From Candidatus Nanohaloarchaea archaeon (GTDB lineage Archaea; Nanohalarchaeota; Nanosalinia; Nanosalinales; Nanosalinaceae): a stretch of 43,755 bases of DNA. The notes under the pieces are model-generated. The model made no database searches. It was not told where the DNA came from and saw only the letters and a list, made by a program, of their open reading frames with translations. A program made the position numbers and the translations under genes. Each line of letters starts with the position of its first letter. Positions within the stretch are counted from its first letter, which is position 1. The stretch covers positions 1-43,755 of the forward strand of contig JAWOFP010000034.1 in NCBI GenBank assembly GCA_046497485.1, in the 5' to 3' direction. Positions 18,062-27,189 of the stretch are shown one piece after another.

Positions 18062-18385
18062 ATGCCACTGGCGTCTCAGGAAGAAATCGAAAACTTTGCA
18101 GACCATGTTAGAGCAGAGTTTGGGGAAAGATTAGAAGAAGTAATACTCTACGGATCATATGCAAGAGACGACCATGTACCTGGAAGCGACATAGACATAG
18201 CAATACTTGTAAACGGGAAGAAAAAAGATGATAGAGAAAAAATGTTCGATATAGCCGATAAATTTAGGGAAGAAAAAAATCTTAAATTCTCACCTCGCGT
18301 ATTCGAAAAGAAAGAGTTTAAGAAGAAAGCAGAGAACGACTGGAGCTTCCACTCAAATGTCGAGAAGGAAGGTGTAGAGATATGA
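18062..18385 (+). CDS. MNT minimal nucleotidyltransferase (antitoxin of a HEPN-MNT pair)
   Basis: LYGSYAR......SDIDI motif; start placed at ATG 18062. Confidence 0.92.
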   Translation: MPLASQEEIENFADHVRAEFGERLEEVILYGSYARDDHVPGSDIDIAILVNGKKKDDREKMFDIADKFREEKNLKFSPRVFEKKEFKKKAENDWSFHSNVEKEGVEI

Positions 18386-18750
18386 AGGAAGAAGAAAACT
18401 TGATCGGAAACGCAGAGGAAAGACTTTCAACAGCAAAACTGCTTCTAGAAAACGAAAAATATGGGGATGCTGTCTCAAGAGCATACTACTCAATGTTCAA
18501 CGCCTCCAAAGCCATTCTTCTTACTGAAGATTCAAAGCCTAGAACACATCAAGGAGTGAACAGCGAACTCGGAAAGCTTTTCAGAGAAAGAATAGACAAA
18601 GAACTCCTCAGAGAATTTTCAAGAATCCAGCAAATAAGAGAAGATGTAGACTACGGAACAGAAACGAAAATAAGCCAAAAAGAATCTGAAGAAAAAATAG
18701 AGATAGCAGAAGAATTTCTCATACAAGCCAAAAAAATAGTGGAAAAATAA
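18382..18750 (+). CDS. HEPN domain protein (toxin of a HEPN-MNT pair)
   Basis: A..RAYYSMF..KA.L, TH.GV and R...DY motifs; overlaps the MNT gene. Confidence 0.9.
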   Translation: MKEEENLIGNAEERLSTAKLLLENEKYGDAVSRAYYSMFNASKAILLTEDSKPRTHQGVNSELGKLFRERIDKELLREFSRIQQIREDVDYGTETKISQKESEEKIEIAEEFLIQAKKIVEK

Positions 18751-21700
18751 TTACTCCACAACCTGGCCTGAAACAGTTATCGACGCAGTCACATCGCTTC
18801 CATCACTGTTCGTGACCCTAACCGTTACATCAGATCCTTCCGAACCCTTCCCAACATCATTGATAGGAGTACCAGCAGTAGTGCTTCCCAAAACAGTACC
18901 CGAACCAGCATCATACACCTCTACCTCAAAATTACTGTTCGAGCCGCCGCCCTTCACTTGGACATCCAATCTTTCAATCTCAACACTCTCAGTACTATTA
19001 GTTCCAAACCTATTAACCTCCTCAGTTGAAAGGCCTGAACTCCAAGCAGTATGCCCACTACTATAACTAACCTCTCTAACATTCTTCTCATCAATCTGAC
19101 CATCAACACTTAGGTTTCCAGTCACATCAACATCATAAGGCTGAGAATCACTGCCAAACCGGGCAGTGTAATCACTGTTAGAAACAGAGTCTGCACCGAT
19201 TGCAACTGAGCCTTCACCCCCTGCAGAAGCCCCTGTTTCTGAGTTGTCACTATCTCCACCTATTGCAGTTGAGAAACTGCCTGAAGATTCAGCTCTCCAA
19301 CCAATTGAATTTGAAAAATCTCCTGATGATTTTGTTTCTCTTCCTAGTGCGATGGCAGAAGTCCCTGATGAATCTGCCTTATAACCTAATGCTGTCGCTG
19401 CATATCCTGTGTTATCAGCATCATAGCCTAAGACAGCTGAATAACCGCCTTCTGATGTAGCTTCCTTTCCAATTGCAATGTCTGAATTAGTGTTTGCGTT
19501 GCTACCAGCTTTTGCGTCCTTTCCTATTGCTATATCCTGAAACTCTGACCTGACATCAGCCCCAGTACCAATCACCACTCCACTCGGCATATCAAGGCCT
19601 CCCTCTCCATGAATCGTGGCATTACCCGTAACATTCAAATCTAGTTCCTCACCGTTCAGGTTGCCGAAAGTAGCCTCATAACTATTAGGCGCATTAGCAT
19701 ATTCTCCTATAGCTACCGATCCCTCAGCAGAGGCCTCAGATAGGGCGCCTAGGCTTACAGAGCTCTGACCAGATGAAACTGCGCTACTTCCAAATGCCGA
19801 TGCATCTGTCCCTGCAACAGAGTCAATACCAATTTCTGTACCGCCTGTACCGCCTGAACCTGGAGCATCTGTATTCCCTCCTATAGAAACTCTTGCAGCG
19901 TCAAAGGCCTCAACACCAGATCCAATAGCTATAGAGGGATTACTACTTGTGCCCACAGCCCCAGCACCATTACCAATAGCTATGTCATCGGTATTAGGGC
20001 TTTCAGTGGTGCTTTCTCCAATTTCAATACCATTACTAAATTCTATACTCTGATTCGCAACATTTCCAGCAGCCAAAGTCTCGCTGAGGCCTTCAGGAGC
20101 ACCACCGGTAGAGACACCGGTTAATTCACCGCCAACATTTAGATCACCTTGAACATCAGCATCCTGATGAACAGTAGCATTACCTGTAACATTCAAATCC
20201 AGTTCCTGACCTTGAAGGTTGCCTAAAGTGGCCTCATAACTATTAGGAGCGTTGGCATGGTATCCTATGGCTACGGAGCCTTCCGCGGTTGCATCTGTAT
20301 ATGATCCAAGTGCAGAAGCATAGCTACCTGTCGCCTTGCTATAGTATCCGAATGCGGAAGCTTGACTACTGGTAGCCTGGCTTTCCTCACCGAATGCAGC
20401 TGCGTAGGACGCTACTTTTGAGTTCCTACCGAAAACAGCGCTATAATCTTCAGCTTCAGCAGACCAGCCTACAGCAGTAGAGTAAGAGTTAACATCGGTA
20501 TCTTCACCGATAGCAATTGAAAACGTGTTACCCATAATCTTATCCTCTACCGTGGCGTTCTTACCGATAGCTATAGCGTCAAACTCTGTACCAGTATCTT
20601 CATCACCAATCTGAATATTATCCTCAAACTCAATAGTCTGATTAGCCACATTATTTTCCTCTAAAACCTCTGAAAGGCCTGAAGCAGAACCTCCGCCAGT
20701 ACTGACACCAGTCAATTCTCCATCAACATTGAGATCGCCAGTCACATCGACATCATAGGGAGTGGCATTACTTCCAAACCGGGCGGTGTAATCTTGATCG
20801 GAGATGGCGTCCATTCCAAAGGCGAAGCTTCCTGTTCCTGATGCTGATGCCGTATCTCCTAATGCATATGCATCGTTTCCTGAAGCTGAGGCCTCGTCTC
20901 CAATGGCATATGCGTCAGCGTTGGAGGCGTCTGCGTCTTCACCTAAAGCATACGCATCGCTCCCTGAAGCTGAGGCATTCTTTCCGAGTGCGTAGGCCTG
21001 ATCGGCAGAAGTCTCTGCACCATATCCAAGAGCGAAAGAAAACTGTCCATCTGAGGTTGCAGCGCTGATAGCTACTCCTTCATTTTGCAGGGCTTCAGCA
21101 CCTTCTCCCAGTGCTATAGTGTCTTTATTAGCTGCATATGCGTCTGAACCGATTGCCACCGCTTCATTAGCCGAGGTTTGTGCGCTGTGGCCTATGGCTA
21201 CAGCAGATCCTGCAAAATCAACATTATTATTTACGCTTACGTTTCTGCCAATACCAATAGAATTCTGATGTCCAACATACACATCGTCCCCCATAGCTAT
21301 CGATGAGTCTCCCTGATTATCTATGTTGTCGCCTATTTTGATTTGAGTATTGTCAAAAGATATAGGATTAGTCTGCATATCTAGAGGCCTGTGGGCGAAC
21401 ATGAGACCATTGTCCCTTTCAGCTGAGATCACGTCATATTCGTTTCCATCATTTTCTGTACCTATTACCACCCTATTATCATTAGTATCTCCATCAAACT
21501 GGCTATCATACTCAAGATAAGCACCATAATCATCACCTTCCTGCATCCTATAAGACATCACAGGATCACCCGCTTGAGGCTGTCTTAGTTCAACATTTCC
21601 AACCTCATTCAAATCATTATTACCAAGATCAATCGATTGATTAGCTGTATTATCTACTTCTAAAACGTCAGAAAGGCCTGAAGTTGAGCCATCTATCGAG

Positions 21701-21924
21701 CTACACTGAACTGTTCCATCGTCATTTATTCCAGTTGCCGCCTGATCGCCTGAACACGAACTCAATGGAAATCCTTGGATATTGGAATTCAGAATAACAT
21801 TATCATTGAACTCTGTCGGAGTTTGAAAGATTATATTTTGGTCATGGTTAAATGTTATATTTGCGGCTGCGAGGCCTGAACTTAGTAGAATTATGGCTGT
21901 AAGTGCAGTTAGTTTTAGTTTCAT
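18751..21924 (-). CDS. secreted YadA-head (Hep/Hag) repeat adhesin-like protein, no autotransporter barrel
   Basis: Sec signal; many 14-aa 'A.A.G..A.A.G' repeats in four blocks separated by repeated neck-like segments (G.L.V.G, GLSEVL...N.ANQ). Confidence 0.85.
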   Translation of the reverse strand: MKLKLTALTAIILLSSGLAAANITFNHDQNIIFQTPTEFNDNVILNSNIQGFPLSSCSGDQAATGINDDGTVQCSSIDGSTSGLSDVLEVDNTANQSIDLGNNDLNEVGNVELRQPQAGDPVMSYRMQEGDDYGAYLEYDSQFDGDTNDNRVVIGTENDGNEYDVISAERDNGLMFAHRPLDMQTNPISFDNTQIKIGDNIDNQGDSSIAMGDDVYVGHQNSIGIGRNVSVNNNVDFAGSAVAIGHSAQTSANEAVAIGSDAYAANKDTIALGEGAEALQNEGVAISAATSDGQFSFALGYGAETSADQAYALGKNASASGSDAYALGEDADASNADAYAIGDEASASGNDAYALGDTASASGTGSFAFGMDAISDQDYTARFGSNATPYDVDVTGDLNVDGELTGVSTGGGSASGLSEVLEENNVANQTIEFEDNIQIGDEDTGTEFDAIAIGKNATVEDKIMGNTFSIAIGEDTDVNSYSTAVGWSAEAEDYSAVFGRNSKVASYAAAFGEESQATSSQASAFGYYSKATGSYASALGSYTDATAEGSVAIGYHANAPNSYEATLGNLQGQELDLNVTGNATVHQDADVQGDLNVGGELTGVSTGGAPEGLSETLAAGNVANQSIEFSNGIEIGESTTESPNTDDIAIGNGAGAVGTSSNPSIAIGSGVEAFDAARVSIGGNTDAPGSGGTGGTEIGIDSVAGTDASAFGSSAVSSGQSSVSLGALSEASAEGSVAIGEYANAPNSYEATFGNLNGEELDLNVTGNATIHGEGGLDMPSGVVIGTGADVRSEFQDIAIGKDAKAGSNANTNSDIAIGKEATSEGGYSAVLGYDADNTGYAATALGYKADSSGTSAIALGRETKSSGDFSNSIGWRAESSGSFSTAIGGDSDNSETGASAGGEGSVAIGADSVSNSDYTARFGSDSQPYDVDVTGNLSVDGQIDEKNVREVSYSSGHTAWSSGLSTEEVNRFGTNSTESVEIERLDVQVKGGGSNSNFEVEVYDAGSGTVLGSTTAGTPINDVGKGSEGSDVTVRVTNSDGSDVTASITVSGQVVE
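20820..21030 (-). repeat. tandem 42-nt (14-aa) repeats ASASG.DAYALG
   Basis: About five degenerate copies, also visible in the DNA (cctgaagctgaggc recurs). Confidence 0.8.
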
Positions 21925-21967
21925 GTTTTATGGTTGTATGATTGTTGTGTTGGGTTTAATTTAACAT

Positions 21968-22735
21968 TTAGTCTTGAAAGCCTGTGAAAGTGAGGCCTGA
22001 TGAAGGGTTTATTGATGGAAGCTGTAGGTTCCCGTCCATTGTATTGTTTTGGCTTGAAACGTTTCCAGGGAGTGTTTGAGGGCCTTGAGCGCAGTTATCT
22101 CCGAAGCATTCTACTTCTACTTGGCTTGTTGTAAGCGTTCCTGTCATGTTGTCTCCTGAACGCGCCACTAATTCATTTGAATCGACCGTGTTTTCCGGGC
22201 AGTTATTTCCTATGCAGAGGCCTTTTGACTCATTCGGTACTAGTGATGCGTTGATTCTGAGTTCAGAGATTTGGCCCCCTCCAACGCTAAGATAGTTGAT
22301 TACTGCTTCTACTAGCGTTACAGGCAGTCTAATTGTGCCTTGAAGTCTTTGGTTTTGGACAGGGCCTCTGTCATGAACGATTGTAATATCCATTTCTGCG
22401 CAGCCGTTGCTTTCGTTCCCTTCCGCAACCAGGTACTGTTCTGTTTCTCCCGGTTCGAGCACCAGATTTGAGCCTTGTGTCACCCCACTTTGACCTCCTA
22501 TATTTACTTCTCTAATCCTTATTTGATCATTTGAAGAGCTTCTGAACAACATTTGAAGCTGATTCTGAGAGTTAAGGCCAGCTTCTTCAACTCTTAGATC
22601 AGGATGGAACACATCAGTCTCAACATCACATGAAGAAGAGTCTGTATAGGAATAAATACCGCCTGTAACTACTCCTAAGGCTATGACTGCCCATCCATAT
22701 GTTATCAGGTACTCGATTCCAGACTGGGCTTTCAT
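21968..22735 (-). CDS. type IV pilin-like protein #2 with C-terminal tail-fibre-like repeats
   Basis: KA|QSGIEYLITYGW; C-terminal CIGNNC...VARSGDNMTGTL and CFGDNC...VSSQNNTMDGNL. Confidence 0.8.
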   Translation of the reverse strand: MKAQSGIEYLITYGWAVIALGVVTGGIYSYTDSSSCDVETDVFHPDLRVEEAGLNSQNQLQMLFRSSSNDQIRIREVNIGGQSGVTQGSNLVLEPGETEQYLVAEGNESNGCAEMDITIVHDRGPVQNQRLQGTIRLPVTLVEAVINYLSVGGGQISELRINASLVPNESKGLCIGNNCPENTVDSNELVARSGDNMTGTLTTSQVEVECFGDNCAQGPQTLPGNVSSQNNTMDGNLQLPSINPSSGLTFTGFQD

Positions 22736-22780
22736 TTACAAGTAGTTTTGAGGCCTCGAATATAATTCAAAGGGTCTGAA

Positions 22781-22813
22781 ATATAACGGCCTTATATCAG
22801 TAATTTGCTTCAA
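22781..22813. repeat. 33-bp direct repeat, copy 1 (dif/att-like palindromic core)
   Basis: atataacggccttatatcagtaatttgcttcaa; 29/33 identical to 23573-23605; partial extra copy at 22812-22830. Confidence 0.8.
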
Positions 22814-22836
22814 TAACCCCCTCATATCAGAGAACA

Positions 22837-23316
22837 TTACGGGCTCGAATTTATTTGTTCTTTCGTCCATTTCACTAAATCTTTAGTTATAAACAGACTA
22901 GAGTCTCTATAGAGCGAATCAACTACCTGATTAGCCTCATTTTTATCAATAACATTCTCAGAGTATGCTTTCGTAACTAGTGCAAGAGTTCCATGAGGTT
23001 CTAAATCCAGTGATTTAGCTGTCTTTCTAGCATCAAGATCATCTGTAAAAATTAATTCTGAGTTTATCTGACTGGATAGTGCTATAACTGTGGATTCTCC
23101 GAGATCTATACCATATCTAGATGAAATATGCTTCGCCCTATCTTTACCTGAGGCATTAAGTGTTTCTACATCCAAACGCGTTTTGTTGATTATAGCCTCT
23201 CCAACTTCGTTCTCCACTTCTTCAGTGATATGTCTTTCATCTATAACTTCTAAAATCTCTAACTTGTTAATCTGTTCTAAATGTATTATAGGTCCTGCGT
23301 CCAGGACTGCCTTCAT
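22837..23316 (-). CDS. PIN-domain toxin (DUF3368/COG2405-like)
   Basis: VLDAGPIIHL, IDLGES..IAL, FTDD..AR..A and GTL motifs. Confidence 0.88.
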   Translation of the reverse strand: MKAVLDAGPIIHLEQINKLEILEVIDERHITEEVENEVGEAIINKTRLDVETLNASGKDRAKHISSRYGIDLGESTVIALSSQINSELIFTDDLDARKTAKSLDLEPHGTLALVTKAYSENVIDKNEANQVVDSLYRDSSLFITKDLVKWTKEQINSSP

Positions 23317-23510
23317 TCGTTGAGACCCCATTTCACGTCTTCCTTTATGGCATCCTCTAACTGTTCTGACTTCATTTCTCTTATTTTCTGTCTAACTGCA
23401 TCTCTTACTAGTTCTGAACGGTTAGCATACCATCCATCTTCTACTATTTCGTTCATTTCTTCAACCATTCTACTTGGAAATTTAGTAGGCACAGAATCAG
23501 TTTCTCCCAT
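23313..23510 (-). CDS. ribbon-helix-helix antitoxin
   Basis: P.......V..G.Y.NRSELVRDAVR; overlaps the PIN gene start. Confidence 0.88.
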   Translation of the reverse strand: MGETDSVPTKFPSRMVEEMNEIVEDGWYANRSELVRDAVRQKIREMKSEQLEDAIKEDVKWGLNE

Positions 23511-23572
23511 AACTCTATACCATAGTATTACTTTTAAGAATTTTTCGATATATTTCTGATGTATTGCTCTCG

Positions 23573-23605
23573 ATATAACCCCGTTATATCAGTAATTTAC
23601 TTCAA
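23573..23605. repeat. 33-bp direct repeat, copy 2
   Basis: atataaccccgttatatcagtaatttacttcaa. Confidence 0.8.
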
Positions 23606-23628
23606 CCGGCATCTACAACTACAGAATT

Positions 23629-24036
23629 ATGAATGACTGCATCTTCTGCAAAATAATCGAAGGAGAAATACCGTCACACAAAGTCTACGAAGACGAAAAC
23701 ACTATAGCCTTTCTAGACACAAATCCGACTTCAAAAGGCCATACATTAGTAGTCCCGAAAAAGCATGTCGAAACCATCGATCAGGCCTCAGGCATGGATT
23801 ACATGTGGAACAGTTTAGTGAAAGTTAGCCAGGCGGTCGAAGAAGCTTTCAATCCTGAAGGCCTTAATATTTCCCAAAATAATGGAGAAGTCGCTGGACA
23901 GGAAGTAATGCATATGCATTTCCACATCACTCCGCGTTATACCGGCGATGAGATAGAAGTGAACTATACTCGTGAAGAATTAGAAGATGGGGAAAAGATA
24001 GCGGAGAAAATAACTTCAACCATAAGAGAACCATAA
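23629..24036 (+). CDS. hit: HIT family nucleotide hydrolase
   Basis: DCIFCKII, GHTLVVPK.H and the HMHFH triad. Confidence 0.95.
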   Translation: MNDCIFCKIIEGEIPSHKVYEDENTIAFLDTNPTSKGHTLVVPKKHVETIDQASGMDYMWNSLVKVSQAVEEAFNPEGLNISQNNGEVAGQEVMHMHFHITPRYTGDEIEVNYTREELEDGEKIAEKITSTIREP

Positions 24037-24048
24037 GAGTATTAAATT

Positions 24049-24066
24049 TCACTATCTAGATAGTGA
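24049..24066. promoter_or_regulatory. perfect 18-bp palindrome, putative TA autoregulatory operator
   Basis: TCACTATCTAGATAGTGA lies between a TATTAAAT box and the RHH start codon. Confidence 0.7.
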
Positions 24067-24068
24067 TT

Positions 24069-24314
24069 ATGCCAGTTCAATCTGTCAATTTGCCTAAAGG
24101 ACTAAAGAAAGAGATAGAAAATCGGATGGAGAGAGACGACTATCAAAATATATCCGAATTCATCAGAGAAGCCATCAGAGAAAAATTAAGGGAAGAGACA
24201 CAGTTAAGGCCTGAAGAGATTCAGAGGATAATGAATGTTAGAGAGCGTGAAAGAAAAGGAGAACAGGAATGGTTATCGCTTGAAGAAGTTAAGGAAGATC
24301 TAGGGATCGAGTAA
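24069..24314 (+). CDS. ribbon-helix-helix antitoxin
   Basis: SVNLPK.L...IE......Y.NISEFIREAIR; C-terminal SLEEVK..LG. Confidence 0.88.
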   Translation: MPVQSVNLPKGLKKEIENRMERDDYQNISEFIREAIREKLREETQLRPEEIQRIMNVRERERKGEQEWLSLEEVKEDLGIE

Positions 24315-24622
24315 TGAATATAGTGCTTGAAGTCGAAGCCAAGAAAGATTTGGTATCTATTGAGGCAGAGATTAGATCAGAAATTATTGAGAGGATTGAA
24401 AATTTAAAGCAGAATCCTTTACCTAATAACAGCTATGTCATCAGGCTTCTAGACGGAGACGAAGTTCAATGTCTCAAATTACAGAAGGAAGATAGAAATT
24501 CTAAACTTAATCACAGAGTAACTTACGATATAATAGACAATGAACAGATCAGAGTCTACGGAATTTTTCCTAGAGAACCCGGTTATCAGGAGATAAAAGA
24601 AGAAACAAAAGATAGAAAGTAA
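24314..24622 (+). CDS. RelE/ParE-family toxin-like protein
   Basis: A.KDL..I...IR..I...IE.L..NP, HRV.Y.I and V.GI.PR...Y; coupled to the RHH gene. Confidence 0.75.
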   Translation: MNIVLEVEAKKDLVSIEAEIRSEIIERIENLKQNPLPNNSYVIRLLDGDEVQCLKLQKEDRNSKLNHRVTYDIIDNEQIRVYGIFPREPGYQEIKEETKDRK

Positions 24623-24661
24623 ATCAAAAAGATTCAATAGTAAGGCCTCCAAAAATTATCT

Positions 24662-25483
24662 GTGGCACTACTTGAAAACCTATTACTAGTCTTTATAGCA
24701 GGCCTGATTACAGATCTAGCTACAGGCCTCGGCGTAATCCCATTCTTCTTCGTTAAAGAATTCAGCAAGAAAAGACTAGTCATTTTATGGGGGCTGGCCT
24801 CCGGAATAATGCTTTCCGCATCCTTCCTAGGACTTATACCTGAAGGATTAGCAGCCGCACAAGAATACCCTCTCTACAGTTCCGAATACTTTGCTGTAGG
24901 CCTCGGACTACTAACCGGAATTCTACTAGTCATCGGAGCACAGAGATTAATCGATGAAGTAGAGTTAGATCCAGGAACTTTCGAGGAAGCCGACTTCAAG
25001 AAAATGGTGTTAATCCTCGGAATTTTAACAGTTCACAGCTTTCCAGAAGGAATCGCAATAGGCGTATCATTCGCAGAACTAGGCTTAGGAACCGCAGGAG
25101 CACTAGGCCTCGGAATACCGGCGATCGCGATCACTATGACAATCGCAATATCAATCCACAATATTCCGGAAGGTGTAGCAATTGCAATCCCTTTCAAAGC
25201 CAATGGAGTTTCTAACTGGAAGACTGTAGGCGCCGCAGTATTCTCAAGCGTACCACAGCCTATCGGAGCAGTCATCGCATACTACTTTGTAACACAGGCC
25301 CAGACAGTTCTACCAATCGGATATGGATTTGCGGCAGGAGCAATGATATACCTGGTTCTGACAGAGTTCGTCGAAGAAGCCTTTGAGGAAGCGGAAGAAC
25401 TCGAAAGTTCGGGCTGGAGAGAATTTATTCTCGGAAACGCGGCAGGATTAATAATCATGATTCTACTATTCACATTCATATGA
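24662..25483 (+). CDS. ZIP family (ZupT/GufA) metal transporter
   Basis: ATGLG, A.GIML.AS, HSFPEG, HNIPEG and AAGAM motifs. Confidence 0.93.
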   Translation: MALLENLLLVFIAGLITDLATGLGVIPFFFVKEFSKKRLVILWGLASGIMLSASFLGLIPEGLAAAQEYPLYSSEYFAVGLGLLTGILLVIGAQRLIDEVELDPGTFEEADFKKMVLILGILTVHSFPEGIAIGVSFAELGLGTAGALGLGIPAIAITMTIAISIHNIPEGVAIAIPFKANGVSNWKTVGAAVFSSVPQPIGAVIAYYFVTQAQTVLPIGYGFAAGAMIYLVLTEFVEEAFEEAEELESSGWREFILGNAAGLIIMILLFTFI

Positions 25484-25860
25484 TCCAATTAGCTGGAAAC
25501 ATCATAATAGAAGACTCCAAGATACTACTGCTCTACAAGAAAAATGAAGAACACTGGGAAGTTCCAGGCGGAAAAGTAGAAGAAAATGAATCTCCTACAC
25601 AGACCGCAGTTAGAGAAGCCAAAGAAGAAATAGGAGTAGAAATAGAGTTAGAGAGGCCTTTCTACACTGGAGAGTTCCAGCACAACGATGAGATCTTTGA
25701 ATGGAATGGATATATCTCCTCAATCAAAGAAGGAAGGCCTGAAATTCAAGAAGATAAATTTGAGAAATTAAAATGGTTTTCTAGAAAAGAACTAGCAGAA
25801 TGCGATAACTTAGCGCCAAATATCAGAATGGTCGAGAATGGGATTATCAGGCTTCTTTGA
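25480..25860 (+). CDS. NUDIX hydrolase
   Basis: Nudix box GGKVEENESPTQTAVREAKEEIG. Confidence 0.93.
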   Translation: MIQLAGNIIIEDSKILLLYKKNEEHWEVPGGKVEENESPTQTAVREAKEEIGVEIELERPFYTGEFQHNDEIFEWNGYISSIKEGRPEIQEDKFEKLKWFSRKELAECDNLAPNIRMVENGIIRLL

Positions 25861-25919
25861 CGAATAAAGTTTGATATTGTATCAAAGAAAATTTAAAGTT
25901 TCGTGCACACTGTGTATGT

Positions 25920-26150
25920 ATGTCTACCAAAAATATATCTCTGGATGAGGACGCATATAATCGGTTAAAGAACCTTAAAGATGAAGGAGAGAGCTTCAGC
26001 GATGTTGTGAAAAAAGTGACAAATGAGCGTTCATTAAAGGAGATAGCAGGCATAATATCGGACGAAGAGGCCGATCTAATGAAAGAAAAAATCAGCGAAA
26101 ATAGAGAAGAAAGTCTAAAAAGATTAGATAAAGTAGCTGATAGCCTATGA
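25920..26150 (+). CDS. vapB: VapB-like antitoxin (DUF217 type)
   Basis: TKNISL.EDAY.RL..LK..GESFSDVV motif. Confidence 0.88.
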   Translation: MSTKNISLDEDAYNRLKNLKDEGESFSDVVKKVTNERSLKEIAGIISDEEADLMKEKISENREESLKRLDKVADSL

Positions 26151-26539
26151 TTCTAGATACAAACTTCATTATAGATGTAATGAATGGAGACAAAGAGGCC
26201 TTAAATAAGTTAGATAAACTTGAGAATTCCTCTAGTCCTGTCTCGACCACCGCTATAACTTTATTTGAACTTTGGTCAGGAATCAATAGGTCCAATAAAT
26301 CTGAAGAGGAAAAAGAGAAAGTAATGAATGTGATAAGTTCCCTAACTATTTTTTCTCTCGATGAAAAATCTGCAAGGATAGCTGGAAGAATAGATGGCGT
26401 GCTTGCAGACAACAAAGAAAAAATGTCTCCAGAAGACTGCAAAATAGCAGGTATAGCGATTAAAAACTCAGAAAAAGTAGTAACAAAAGATAGAGATTTC
26501 AGCACAATACAAAAATATTCTACTTTAGAAATAGAATAG
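26147..26539 (+). CDS. vapC: VapC PIN-domain toxin
   Basis: ILDTNFIID, T..EL..G, D..IA.IA and VT.DRDF motifs. Confidence 0.92.
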   Translation: MILDTNFIIDVMNGDKEALNKLDKLENSSSPVSTTAITLFELWSGINRSNKSEEEKEKVMNVISSLTIFSLDEKSARIAGRIDGVLADNKEKMSPEDCKIAGIAIKNSEKVVTKDRDFSTIQKYSTLEIE

Positions 26540-26582
26540 AAATAAAATAGGAAATAAATGAGGGAAAATGTAGGCCTTGTTT

Positions 26583-26780
26583 TTAGACCAGTTGGTACTT
26601 TCCGACTTCGTCGATTGATTCGACATGTGTGAGGAATACTGTTCGGCAGCAGTACTTTTCGACTCCTAGGTCGTCTAGTACTTCGCCTGCGTCTTCATCG
26701 TCATCTGTTCTTTCCTCAAATTCTTCGTATTTGTCGCTGAGTACCTTTCCACAGCTTGGGCATCTTACAGGGAACTGCAT
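26583..26780 (-). CDS. rpoN: RNA polymerase subunit Rpo10 (N)
   Basis: PVRC..CGK and LDDLGV..YCCR motifs. Confidence 0.95.
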   Translation of the reverse strand: MQFPVRCPSCGKVLSDKYEEFEERTDDDEDAGEVLDDLGVEKYCCRTVFLTHVESIDEVGKYQLV

Positions 26781-26787
26781 AACTGAT

Positions 26788-27189
26788 TCACCTGTAGGAT
26801 TTCTGCTGTTTGTGTCGAGCTCCCTTGCTCGACTGTGAAGGTTTTCTGGTCTCAGTTCTTCTTGGATCTTCTACAAGCATGTTCCTATCGTAATCTCGGA
26901 ACTCTGCTTCCAAGTCATCGTCTCCGGTGTGCTCTACCAATGCTCTGGCTACAGCCATGCGTGCTGCTTCTGCCTGACCGTTCTTTCCACCGCCTTCCAT
27001 CTCTACCTGGATCTGAAGATCTCCGTAGACTTCTTCTCCAGCTATTCTCAATGGTTCTTCAATCATTCTCCGTGTTGAGTCCTGCAGTACATCTAGAGGC
27101 CTGGAACCCACTCTGATTGTCCCATCACCGTCTTTTACTGTTGCTCTGGCCTTCGCCGTCTTTCTCTTTCCTGAAGTGTGTACTGCCAT
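26788..27189 (-). CDS. rps9: 30S ribosomal protein S9 (uS9)
   Basis: GKRKTA.A.A, GGG..GQA.A.R.A.ARAL and GAR...QKSYR motifs. Confidence 0.97.
   Translation of the reverse strand: MAVHTSGKRKTAKARATVKDGDGTIRVGSRPLDVLQDSTRRMIEEPLRIAGEEVYGDLQIQVEMEGGGKNGQAEAARMAVARALVEHTGDDDLEAEFRDYDRNMLVEDPRRTETRKPSQSSKGARHKQQKSYR

Noticed and set aside
18751..21924. Bacterial contamination or a true trimeric autotransporter
   Set aside because: Acidic composition, resident AGGCCT sites, archaeal neighbours and no beta-barrel.
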